DNA of 61,293 bases, filler included, from Sandaracinaceae bacterium (GTDB taxonomy: Bacteria > Myxococcota_A > Polyangia > Polyangiales > JADJQN01): the NCBI GenBank assembly GCA_947483975.1. It is 8 parts of 8 records of this genome, joined end to end, with 100 filler letters (N's around TTAATTAATTAA, not from the genome) between each part and the next. Parts side by side here need not be neighbours in the genome. Positions count along the whole stretch, not along the records: positions 1 to 7,761 come from CANKOL010000258.1; positions 7,862 to 15,483 come from CANKOL010000261.1; 6 more parts are not named here. One strand, given 5' to 3'. The notes beneath the pieces were generated by a model. That model did no database searches. It worked only from the letters and a program-made list of their open reading frames with translations, and was not told where the DNA came from. Of the stretch, positions 1 to 8,462 are shown piece after piece (positions within the stretch are counted from its first letter, which is position 1; every line of letters begins with the position of its first letter). Made by a program: the position numbers and the translations under genes.

Positions 1-366
1 GCCCCCGGCGCCGCACGCGCCGCAGGTGAACGCGCGCCCGGGGCGACGCACCCCGAGCATCGTGTCGCCGCGCGCTCCGCCCCGCAGAAACGGCCGCAGC
101 TGCGGCTCGCTCCACACGAGCTGGACGTCCCCGAGCCGTACATCGTCGCCCGGGCGCACCGCCGCGCGCGCGACGCGCCGACCGCCGACGAAGACGCCGT
201 TCGCGCTGCCGAGATCCTCGACGACGATGCGCTGCGCCGACCACGAGAGCCGCGCGTGATGGCCCGAGATGGTCGGATCCTCGAGGCGCAGATCGCAGTC
301 CTCCGCGCGACCGATCACGATGACGAGCGACGCCGGGGCGCGCGGACCGGTCTGCGCGGTGTTCAT
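1..366 (-). CDS. FHA domain-containing protein (C-terminus runs off the window; CxxC after the FHA domain)
   Basis: Manual translation from ATG at 366 (absent from the ORF track): MNTAQ...VIGRAEDCDLRLEDPTISGHHARL...VEDLGSANGVFV. It carries the GR, SxxHA and DLGSxNG FHA motifs and ends ...FTCGACGA. Confidence 0.85.
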   Translation of the reverse strand, partial: MNTAQTGPRAPASLVIVIGRAEDCDLRLEDPTISGHHARLSWSAQRIVVEDLGSANGVFVGGRRVARAAVRPGDDVRLGDVQLVWSEPQLRPFLRGGARGDTMLGVRRPGRAFTCGACGAGG

Positions 367-424
367 GGGCTGGCCGAGTATACGGCGCGCAGGGCGCCCG
401 TTCGACGCGCTATCTTCTCGGCCC

Positions 425-1576
425 ATGGCCATCACGACCTACTTCTTCGAGAACGAAGAGCACAAGGCGCTGCGGCAGCAGGTGCGGCGCTTCGCCGAGC
501 GGGAGATCGCGCCCTTTGGCGCCGCCTGGGAGCACGCGGGCGAGTTCCCGCGCGAGCTGTATCGCACGGCCGCGGAGGCGGGCTTGCACGGCATCGGCTA
601 CCCCGAAGCCGTCGGCGGCACGGGCGGCGACTTCACGCACGCGCTCGTCGCGGGCGAGCAGATGGTCCTCTCCGGCAAGAGCGTCGGCACCGTCGTCGGG
701 CTCGGCTCGCACGGCATCGCGGTCCCGCCGCTGCTCAAATTCGGCACGGCCCAACAGCAGCAGCGCTTCGTCGCGCCGGTGCTGCGCGGAGAGCAGGTCA
801 GCGCCCTCGCGATCACCGAGCCGGGCGGCGGCTCCGACGTCGCGTCGCTCCGCACGAAGGCCGTGCGCGACGGCGAGCACTACGTCGTCAACGGGCAGAA
901 GACCTTCATCACGTCCGGCACGCGCGCGGACTGGATCACCTGCGCCGTGCGCACCGGCGGCGCGGGGCACGCGGGCATCTCGCTGCTCGTCATCGAGCGC
1001 AGCACGCCCGGCTATCACGTCTCGAAGAAGCTCGAGAAGACCGGCTGGTGCGCGAGCGACACGGCGGAGCTCACCTTCGAGGACTGCCGCGTCCCCGTCG
1101 CGAACCTCGTCGGCGCCGAGAACGCGGGCTTCTTCGCGATCATGTCGAACTTCGTCGCAGAGCGGCTCTTCCTCGCGGGGCAGTGCGTCGCGATCGCCGA
1201 GCTCGCCTATCGCGAGACGCTCACGTACACGCGCGCCCGCAACGCCTTCGGCAAGAGCCTCACGGGCTTTCAGGTCACGCGGCACAAGCTCGCCGAGATG
1301 GCCACTCGCCTCGCGGCTGCGCGCGCGCTGACGGGGGAGTGCGCGGCGCGCTACGTCCGCGGGGACGACAGCCCGAGCCAAGCGGCGATGGCGAAGAACA
1401 CCGCGACGGATATGTGCTCGTTCGTGGTCGACCAAGCGGTGCAGCTGCACGGCGGCTACGGCTACATGCGCGAGTTCCTCGTCGAGCGCCTCTATCGCGA
1501 CGCGCGCCTCTACCCGATCGGCGGGGGCACGCGCGAGATCATGAACGAGATCATCTCGAAGGTAGAGGGGTACTGA
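425..1576 (+). CDS. Acyl-CoA dehydrogenase
   Basis: Motifs ALAITEPGGGSD, NGQKTFITSG, QLHGGYGYMRE, RLYRDAR and IGGGTREIM. Start placed at ATG 425 (MAITTYFF) within ORF 269..1576. Confidence 0.93.
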   Translation: MAITTYFFENEEHKALRQQVRRFAEREIAPFGAAWEHAGEFPRELYRTAAEAGLHGIGYPEAVGGTGGDFTHALVAGEQMVLSGKSVGTVVGLGSHGIAVPPLLKFGTAQQQQRFVAPVLRGEQVSALAITEPGGGSDVASLRTKAVRDGEHYVVNGQKTFITSGTRADWITCAVRTGGAGHAGISLLVIERSTPGYHVSKKLEKTGWCASDTAELTFEDCRVPVANLVGAENAGFFAIMSNFVAERLFLAGQCVAIAELAYRETLTYTRARNAFGKSLTGFQVTRHKLAEMATRLAAARALTGECAARYVRGDDSPSQAAMAKNTATDMCSFVVDQAVQLHGGYGYMREFLVERLYRDARLYPIGGGTREIMNEIISKVEGY

Positions 1577-1617
1577 GTGCCGCGGTACGTCGCGCGGCGC
1601 CCAGCGCTACGCGCGCG

Positions 1618-1848
1618 TCAGCTCTCGGACGGGGCCGCGGTCGCGTCGGGCGCGGGCGGGGTCGCCTCGCCGCCCTCGTCGCCGACGTCGCCCTCGGTCG
1701 CCTCGGGCACGGCGTCCTGCTCGCTGCCGCTGGTCGTCGTGGTCGTCTCGTCGGTCGCCGTCGTGCTCGCGGAGCTGTCGTCACCACAGCCCGCGGCGCC
1801 GAGCAGGACCAGCGAGAGGGCGACGGCGAGGGTCAGGATCTTCTTCAT
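1618..1848 (-). CDS. Small acidic low-complexity lipoprotein
   Basis: MKKILTLAVALSLVLLGAAGC is a lipoprotein signal with a lipobox, followed by a Thr/Ser/Glu/Asp-rich tail. AAGGAG RBS upstream. Confidence 0.75.
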   Translation of the reverse strand: MKKILTLAVALSLVLLGAAGCGDDSSASTTATDETTTTTSGSEQDAVPEATEGDVGDEGGEATPPAPDATAAPSES

Positions 1849-1963
1849 GGGCGGGCTCTCCTTACGACGCGCGGAGCCACGGTGGCCTGCGGTCGTCAGC
1901 GCATCCCACCGTGAGCGCCGCGCGATGTCAACGTCGGCGCGGCGACTCACGAGATCGGGACTC

Positions 1964-2030
1964 GAGCGCAGCGCTCTGTGGCTCGAGGGCGAGCGCGGGG
2001 CTCTGCGGCTCGGAGCTGAGCGCAGCGCTC
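1964..2030. repeat. Degenerate 27-bp tandem repeat (about 2.5 copies) overlapping the pdp stop codon
   Basis: Units start at 1964, 1991 and 2018 with GAGCGCAGCGCTC, GAGCGCGGGGCTC and GAGCGCAGCGCTC. The core is an inverted repeat. Confidence 0.55.
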
Positions 2031-3444
2031 AGCGCACGACGTCGAGCACGAGCGGGCCGGGCGCGACGCGCTTGGCGGCGATGGTGAACGCGCCCCCGAC
2101 GCGCGCGATGGCCCCCGCCGCCGCAGAGCGACTGCGGACGTGCACGGTCGCGAGCACCTCGCCCTTGGCGACGGCGTCGCCGAGCTTCTTGCCGAGCACG
2201 ATGCCGACGACCGGATCGACGGCTTGATCGGCGCGCGTGCGACCCGCGCCGAGGGCGACCGCCGCGAGCCCTAGCTCGAGCGGGTCGATGCCCGTCACAT
2301 AGCCCTTCGCGTTCGCGCGGATCTCGACCCGATGCGGCGCCCGCGGCAGGCGATCGGGCTCGCTGACGACGCGCGCGTCGCCGCCCTGCGCGCGCACGAT
2401 CTTCTCGAAGGCGCGCGCTCCTGCGCCTGACTTGATCGCCGCCTCGAGCTTCTTGCGCGCCTCGGCGTCGGTCTTCGCGACGCGCCCGAGGCGCAGCATC
2501 TCGGCGCCGAGGACGAGCGTGCACTCGACGAGATCCGCAGGACCGCGCCCGTTGAGCACGTCGATCGCCTCGCGTGTCTCGAGCGCGTTGCCGATCGCGA
2601 AGCCGAGCGGCTCGTCCATGCTCGTCAGGAACGCCGTGATCTTCTTCTTCGACAGGGTCCCCACGCGCACCAGGGACTCCGCGAGCGTGCGCGCGTCCGC
2701 GAGCGTCTTCATGAACGCGCCGCGGCCGACCTTGACGTCGAGCACGAGGGCGTCGATGCCCTCGGCGAGCTTCTTCGACAGGATGCTCGCGGTGATCAGC
2801 GGGACGGACTCGACCGTCGCCGTCACGTCGCGGAGCGCATAGAGGCGCTTGTCGGCGGGCGCGATGTCGGCCGTCTGACCGATCAGCGCGCAGCCGATCT
2901 CGCGCACTTGCTTGACGAATTGCTCGACCGGCATCGACACCGAGAAGCCCGGGATCGCCTCGAGCTTGTCGAGCGTGCCGCCCGTGTGCCCGAGCCCGCG
3001 CCCGCTGACCATCGGCACGGGCACGCCGCACGCGACGACGAGCGGCGCGAGGCAGAGCGAGACCTTGTCCCCGACGCCGCCCGTCGAGTGCTTGTCGACC
3101 TTGCTGCCCTTGACCGACGAGAGATCGACGACGCGCCCGCTGTCGCGCATCTCGAGCGTCAGCGCGGTCGTCTCCGCCGGCGTCATCCCTCGCAGGAAGA
3201 TCGCCATCGCGAGCGCGCTCATCTGGTAATCGGCGACGTCGCCCGCGACGAAGCCGCGCACGAGCTGGCCGATCTCGTCGTTCGTCAGCACGCCGCCGTC
3301 ACGCTTGCGCGCGATCAGCTCCGGCGTCGTCGCAGAGCTCGCCGACTTCTTCTTCGGCGGGCTCTTGGGCTTGGCCGCGGGCGTAGTGGCCGCGGGCGTC
3401 TTGGCCGCGGGCGTCTTGGTCGCGGCGCTCTTCGTCGTCGGCAT
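2029..3444 (-). CDS. pdp: Thymidine/pyrimidine-nucleoside phosphorylase
   Basis: DKHSTGGVGDK, SGRGLGHTGGTLDKLE and SILSKKLAEG motifs. ATG at 3444 overlaps the rnr stop (TGATG). Lys/Ala/Pro-rich N-terminal extension. Confidence 0.93.
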   Translation of the reverse strand: MPTTKSAATKTPAAKTPAATTPAAKPKSPPKKKSASSATTPELIARKRDGGVLTNDEIGQLVRGFVAGDVADYQMSALAMAIFLRGMTPAETTALTLEMRDSGRVVDLSSVKGSKVDKHSTGGVGDKVSLCLAPLVVACGVPVPMVSGRGLGHTGGTLDKLEAIPGFSVSMPVEQFVKQVREIGCALIGQTADIAPADKRLYALRDVTATVESVPLITASILSKKLAEGIDALVLDVKVGRGAFMKTLADARTLAESLVRVGTLSKKKITAFLTSMDEPLGFAIGNALETREAIDVLNGRGPADLVECTLVLGAEMLRLGRVAKTDAEARKKLEAAIKSGAGARAFEKIVRAQGGDARVVSEPDRLPRAPHRVEIRANAKGYVTGIDPLELGLAAVALGAGRTRADQAVDPVVGIVLGKKLGDAVAKGEVLATVHVRSRSAAAGAIARVGGAFTIAAKRVAPGPLVLDVVR

Positions 3445-6020
3445 CAGCGCTTCCCCTTGCTCTTCTTCTTCGAGGTGGACTTCGTCGGAGACTTCTTGCG
3501 GTCGTCGCTCTTCCACGACGTGCTCTTGCCCGCGGGCTTGGCGGCGGCTTTGCTGCCGGGGCGCCCGGCGGAGGCGCCCTTCGTCGTCGGGTGCCCCTTG
3601 CTGCCGGTGCGCCCGACGCTCTTGCCGAGCTTGGGGCGCTCCTTGCGCGAGGTCGGGTGCACGCGCGGACCGTCGCCGAAGCGCGCGCTCGTCGGCTCGC
3701 CGTCGGCGCTGGGGTCGCCGTCCGCGTCGCTGGCGGCGTGCTCCGGCGCGGAGAGGATCTCGCGGCGCTGCACGTTGACGCTCGTGAGCTTCACGCGGAT
3801 GCGGTCGCCCATCGCGTAGCGCTTGCCGCTCGAGGTGCCGACGAGCGCGATGCCGAGCTCGTCGAGCTCGAACGAGTCGCCGCGCCCGCGCGGACCGTCG
3901 GTGCCCGAGGGCGTCAGCGCCTCGAGCGGGACGAGCGACTCGACGAACGGGCTGTCGAAGGCGACGTAGAAGCCCCAGTTGCTGACGCTCGTGATCGTCG
4001 CGTCGAACGTCTCGCCGATGCGCTCGCGCACGAGGATCGCGCGGTAGACGTTGACCGCCTCGCGCTCGGCTTCCATCGCGCGGCGCTCGAGCCGGCTCGA
4101 GTCGGACGCCCAGGTGCCGAGCTTCGGCAGCCAGGTCTTCGGCACGACCTTGCGCCCGCGGATGACCTCGCGGATCACGCGGTGCACGGCGAGATCCGGA
4201 TAGCGCCGGATCGGCGAGGTGAAGTGCAGATAGTCCGGCGCCGCGAGGCCGAAGTGCCCGATGTTGGTCGTGTCGTAGACCGCCTGCTGCATCGCGCGCA
4301 GCAGCAGATACGAGAGCGCCTGCGCCTGCGGAGTGCCCTCGATCGCCGCGAGAAAGCTCTGCAGCTTGCGCGGGTGCTCGCCCGCGTCGGGGTCGAGCTC
4401 GTGCCCGAGGGACGACGCGACCGCGCTGAAGATGCCGATCTTCTTCGCGTCGGGCGCGCCGTGCACGCGGTAGATCGTCGGGATGCCGCGCTTGGCCATG
4501 TCGGCGGCGACGACCTCGTTCGCGAGCAGCATCATGTCTTCGATCAGCGCGTACGCGGTGCGCACGCCGGGATCGGTGCGCGAGCGGTAGACGTCGATCG
4601 GCTCGCCCGTCGCGGGGTCGAGCTTCACGCGCGGCTCCGGCAGATCGAAGTCGAGCGAGCCGCGGCGCTTGCGCTTGGTGCGGAGCGCCTTCGACGCGTC
4701 GAGGAGCACGCGCAGTTGGTCCCGGCGGTCCTCGGCGGCTTGCAGCTTCTCCACCTGATCGGTCAGCCCGAGCGCGCGCGCGACCGCGCCGTAGTGCAGC
4801 TTGCCGCCCGAGCGCATCACGCCCTCGATGTAGCGGAAGTCGCGGACGACGCCGTCCTTCGAGACGTCGATCTCGACTGCGAGCGTCAGGCGATCGACGT
4901 TCGGGAGGAGCGACGCGAGGGTCGAGCTGAGCTGATGCGGGAGCATCGGGATCGCGCGATCCGGCAGGTAGATCGAGCAGCCGCGCGCCGCCGCCTCGCG
5001 GTCGATCGCGGTGCCCTCGCGGACGTAGTGCGAGACGTCGGCGATGGCGACGAGGATGCGGAAGCCGCCGTCGGGCAGGCGCTCGGCGCAGACGGCGTCG
5101 TCGTGATCGCGCGCGTCCTCGGGGTCGATCGTGACCAGGTCGAAGTGCCGCAGATCTTCGCGGCCGATCTTGTCGGCCTCGGGCACCTCCGCCGGGAGCG
5201 CGTTGGCCTCGAGCGTGACGTCCTCGGGGAACGCCTCGACGATGCCCTCGCGCATCTTGATCGCGGCGATCTCGACGCTCGCGACGCCCGGCCGGCCGAG
5301 GCCCTGCACGACCTTGACGATCATCGGCTCGTAGCCCTCGGCGAAGCGCACGACGTCGGCGACGACGACGAGCCCCTCTTCGGCGTTCGGCGGCAGGTCG
5401 CCCTCGACGACGAACGGCCCGCGCAGCCGCGCGTCGGTCGGCTCGATCACGAGCACCCGCCCGCGCCGCTCGAGCACGCCGACGACGCGCTTGAGCCCGC
5501 GGGACTCGATGCCGATGACCTCGCCCTCTTGGCCCTTCGCGCTCGGCCGCGTGCGCACGCGGACGCGGTCGCCGTGCATCGCGCCGCCCATGGAATTGGG
5601 CGGGATGAACACGTCGGCGGCCTCGCCCTCGGTCGACACGAAGCCGAAGCCCTTGGTCGTCATGGTCAGCGTGCCGACGGTCTCGAGCGGGTCGAACGCC
5701 GCGCCGCCGAAGCGCAGCGTCGTGCGCGGGCCGCTGCTGGGGCTCGCGCCGCGCCCACGGCCGCTCGGGCTCGAGGGCGCTGCGGCGATCGCCTTCGGCG
5801 CCTTGATCGCCGCCGCTGCGCGCTTGTCGCCGAGGCGAAAGCGATGTCCGGGGAGCTCCTTGACGAGTCCGTCCTCGGCGAGCCCTTCGAGCACCGCCTC
5901 GATCTCTGCGCGGGCGTCCTTCGCCTCGAGCTTCAGGGCGAGCTCGCCGACGTGAATCGCACGCGAGCCGTGCTCGCGCATCGCGGCGAGCACCAGATCC
6001 TTCGAAATCTCTCTATCCAT
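3444..6020 (-). CDS. rnr: Ribonuclease R
   Basis: N-terminal HTH and CSD (GFGFV), RNB domain (TIDPEDARDHDDA, HFTSPIRRYPDL), S1 domain and basic C-terminal tail. Confidence 0.95.
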   Translation of the reverse strand: MDREISKDLVLAAMREHGSRAIHVGELALKLEAKDARAEIEAVLEGLAEDGLVKELPGHRFRLGDKRAAAAIKAPKAIAAAPSSPSGRGRGASPSSGPRTTLRFGGAAFDPLETVGTLTMTTKGFGFVSTEGEAADVFIPPNSMGGAMHGDRVRVRTRPSAKGQEGEVIGIESRGLKRVVGVLERRGRVLVIEPTDARLRGPFVVEGDLPPNAEEGLVVVADVVRFAEGYEPMIVKVVQGLGRPGVASVEIAAIKMREGIVEAFPEDVTLEANALPAEVPEADKIGREDLRHFDLVTIDPEDARDHDDAVCAERLPDGGFRILVAIADVSHYVREGTAIDREAAARGCSIYLPDRAIPMLPHQLSSTLASLLPNVDRLTLAVEIDVSKDGVVRDFRYIEGVMRSGGKLHYGAVARALGLTDQVEKLQAAEDRRDQLRVLLDASKALRTKRKRRGSLDFDLPEPRVKLDPATGEPIDVYRSRTDPGVRTAYALIEDMMLLANEVVAADMAKRGIPTIYRVHGAPDAKKIGIFSAVASSLGHELDPDAGEHPRKLQSFLAAIEGTPQAQALSYLLLRAMQQAVYDTTNIGHFGLAAPDYLHFTSPIRRYPDLAVHRVIREVIRGRKVVPKTWLPKLGTWASDSSRLERRAMEAEREAVNVYRAILVRERIGETFDATITSVSNWGFYVAFDSPFVESLVPLEALTPSGTDGPRGRGDSFELDELGIALVGTSSGKRYAMGDRIRVKLTSVNVQRREILSAPEHAASDADGDPSADGEPTSARFGDGPRVHPTSRKERPKLGKSVGRTGSKGHPTTKGASAGRPGSKAAAKPAGKSTSWKSDDRKKSPTKSTSKKKSKGKR

Positions 6021-6110
6021 CTCAATCCTTCGTTCCGCCGCGGCCCGAGCGTCTCTGACGTGGGGCGTTTGGCGTTGCGCGCGCGCAGGTCTGCGTCGCG
6101 CGACTGCTGT

Positions 6111-7463
6111 TCATCTGAGTGCGTGGAGCGCGTAGTCGTCCGCGCCCAGGTAGATCGTCCCGTCCGCGCCGAGCGCGACCGTCGAGTCGATGTCTTGTCC
6201 GATCGTGTGACGCCAGAGCAGGCGCCCATCTGCTGCGACGGCGTAGAGCCCGTCGTCTTGCGAGCCGACGTAGATGCGCCCCGCGGAGTCGATGCGCGCC
6301 GACGCGCGGAGGCGTCCTTGCGTCTCGAGCTGCCAGCGGAGGTGCCCCTCGGCGTCGATCGCGTAGAGCTTTTGATCGTAGCTGCCGACGATCACGGTGC
6401 CGTCGCGCGCGATGGCGGGCGTCGCGAGCACGGTCGCGCCCGTCGCAAAGCGCCATTTTTCCTGGCCGTCGGGGGTGACGCCGAGCACCGCGCCGCGGTC
6501 GTTGCCGACGACGATCGTGCCATCGTCGGCGACCGCCGCGCCGCCCTCGATCGCGCCGCCCGTCGCGAGCTCCCAGGCGAGCGTGCCGTCGCGCTTGGCG
6601 GCGACGAGGCGCCCGTCCGGCGTGCCGACGAGCACGAGGCCCGTCGGGTGAATCGCCGGCGTGCTCGTCACCGGGCCCGGGAGCGGCAGATGCCAGCGCA
6701 CGTTCCCCGCCGGATCGAGCGCGTAGAGGCCGTCGTTGGCCGCCGCGTAGATCGTGCCGTCCTCGTCGATCGCGATGCCCGTCTCGACGCGCGAGCCGAG
6801 CGCGCGGCGCCACGCGACTTGCCCGGCGGGCGTCAGCGCGAGCACGGCGCCGTCGTCACAGCCGACGATGATCTTGCCATCCGCCGCGAGGGCTGCGGCG
6901 CCGTGGAAGCGGTCGGCGGCCACATAGCGCCAGCGCAGGGTTCCGTCGGCGGCGACGGCCGAGAACGTGCGGTCGAGCGAGCCGACGTAGACCGTGCCGT
7001 CGGCGCCGACCACGGGCGACGCGGAGATGCGCCCACCGGTGCGGGACGCCCAGCGCTGCGTCGGCTCCTCGGCGGGACCGGCGCCGCTCGCCTGCCCGTT
7101 GCGGCGCGGACCGCCCATGAACTGCGCGCGCTCGACGAAGACGCGCGGCGCGCCCGCGTCGATGGGCGGCGCGACCGGCACCCCGGCGTCGGGCGTCGGG
7201 TCCCTCCGCCCCCTCTCCCCGTGGGACAGGGCTGGGGTGAGGGCGTCCGCCGCGAGCGGTTCGCCGGCCTCACGCGCGAGCTGCGCGCGCACCTCGTCGG
7301 CGAAGCGGCAGCGCCCCTCGTGGCAGATGCGGTCGAGCCGACACTCGGTGTCGGACATACACGGCACGGCGGGATGCCGCTGCGCGCCACCGCAAGCGGT
7401 GAGCAGGAACAGCGCAGTCAGCGCGAGTGTGGAGGCGCCACCGGGGGCGCGCGGGATCCTCAT
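6111..7463 (-). CDS. PQQ-binding-like beta-propeller lipoprotein (BamB-like repeats)
   Basis: Lipobox LLTAC, a Cys-rich segment (CMSDTECRLDRICHEGRC), and repeated DGT(V/I)YVGS..LYA...G..RW propeller blades. Confidence 0.85.
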   Translation of the reverse strand: MRIPRAPGGASTLALTALFLLTACGGAQRHPAVPCMSDTECRLDRICHEGRCRFADEVRAQLAREAGEPLAADALTPALSHGERGRRDPTPDAGVPVAPPIDAGAPRVFVERAQFMGGPRRNGQASGAGPAEEPTQRWASRTGGRISASPVVGADGTVYVGSLDRTFSAVAADGTLRWRYVAADRFHGAAALAADGKIIVGCDDGAVLALTPAGQVAWRRALGSRVETGIAIDEDGTIYAAANDGLYALDPAGNVRWHLPLPGPVTSTPAIHPTGLVLVGTPDGRLVAAKRDGTLAWELATGGAIEGGAAVADDGTIVVGNDRGAVLGVTPDGQEKWRFATGATVLATPAIARDGTVIVGSYDQKLYAIDAEGHLRWQLETQGRLRASARIDSAGRIYVGSQDDGLYAVAADGRLLWRHTIGQDIDSTVALGADGTIYLGADDYALHALR

Positions 7464-7526
7464 CAGCGTCGGGAGAGTAGCAGGAGTCGCGGCGGTCTGC
7501 TCGACTGCCGCTCGAGGTGCCCGGCG

Positions 7527-7760
7527 TCAGCTCCCCGCGCGCGAGATCAGGTACACGACCCCGCCCTTCTCGACGGCGACGCGCCGCGCGTCGCTCGAGA
7601 CGGCGACGTCGCCCGCCGCGCCCTCCGCCGCCGCCCAGCCTTCCGGCCGCAGCAGCACCAGCTGGGCGCGCGGGGAGAGCACGCGCAGCACCACGCCGAA
7701 CGGCGTCGAGTACGCATAGGCGCTCCCGTCGGCGGTCGCCGCGCCCGCCGTGAACGGGGC
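7527..7760 (-). CDS. Hypothetical protein, C-terminal fragment (beta-propeller-like)
   Basis: Manual translation ...GDVAVSSDARRVAVEKGGVVYLISRAGS*. The 5' part is cut by the contig end. Confidence 0.5.
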   Translation of the reverse strand, partial: APFTAGAATADGSAYAYSTPFGVVLRVLSPRAQLVLLRPEGWAAAEGAAGDVAVSSDARRVAVEKGGVVYLISRAGS

Positions 7761-7761
7761 C

Positions 7762-7861
7762 NNNNNNNNNNNNNNNNNNNNNNNNNNNNNNNNNNNNNNN
7801 NNNNNTTAATTAATTAANNNNNNNNNNNNNNNNNNNNNNNNNNNNNNNNNNNNNNNNNNNN
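7762..7861. other. Artificial contig linker
   Basis: N-run + TTAATTAATTAA (stops in all six frames) + N-run, 100 nt. Confidence 0.99.
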
Positions 7862-8361
7862 ATGGCGCGCAGCGGGCGTGTGCTGACCCGCGTCGCCGCC
7901 GCCCGCTCCGCCGAGAAGCGCTCGAGCTCCCGCCGCACGAGATCGACGGCCCGCCGCACCTCCCGCTCCGCGACCGAGGCGCTCGGCAGGAGGAACGTCA
8001 CCTCCCGCGGGGCGATCGCGAGCAGCTCGTCGCGGCAGTGCCCCGGCCACTCCGGCCCGCGCCGCAGCGCTTGATACGCGAAGTGCGCGGTGTCGCCGAC
8101 AGGCAGCCCGAGCCCGGGGCTCGGCTGGGCCCGCCCGCCGTAGAGACACGCCGCAAAGGCCGCAAAATCAGCGCGCGCCTCGTCCGCGCGGTGCTGCTCG
8201 CGGAACCTCGGCACGACGAGGAAGACCGTCGCCAAGAGGACGTTCGCCACCACCGTGACGAGGAACGGCCGCCGATCCGGACGGAACGTACCCGCGAGCT
8301 TGGTGTCATCACCCTGACCGATCGACACTCGAGGCAATGTTAGCAGCCGCTCGCGTGTCAT
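7862..8361 (-). CDS. Hypothetical membrane-anchored protein (3' truncated)
   Basis: ORF with one TM segment (FLVTVVANVLLATVFLVV); runs into the linker. Confidence 0.55.
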
Positions 8362-8462
8362 AGGTGACGACCCGTTCGGTGACCCAACGGTAGCCGTCGA
8401 GCAGACCCATCCCTATACTCAGCGCCTCGCCCGACTCATCTGGCACGCCCCCTCGGAGTTCC

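Noticed and set aside
3591..7817. 1408-aa plus-strand ORF and many similar long Arg/Ala-rich ORFs (for example 256..1914, 23361..26156, 40842..42902)
   Set aside because: Shadow ORFs antisense or out of frame to well-supported genes, expected in very GC-rich DNA.
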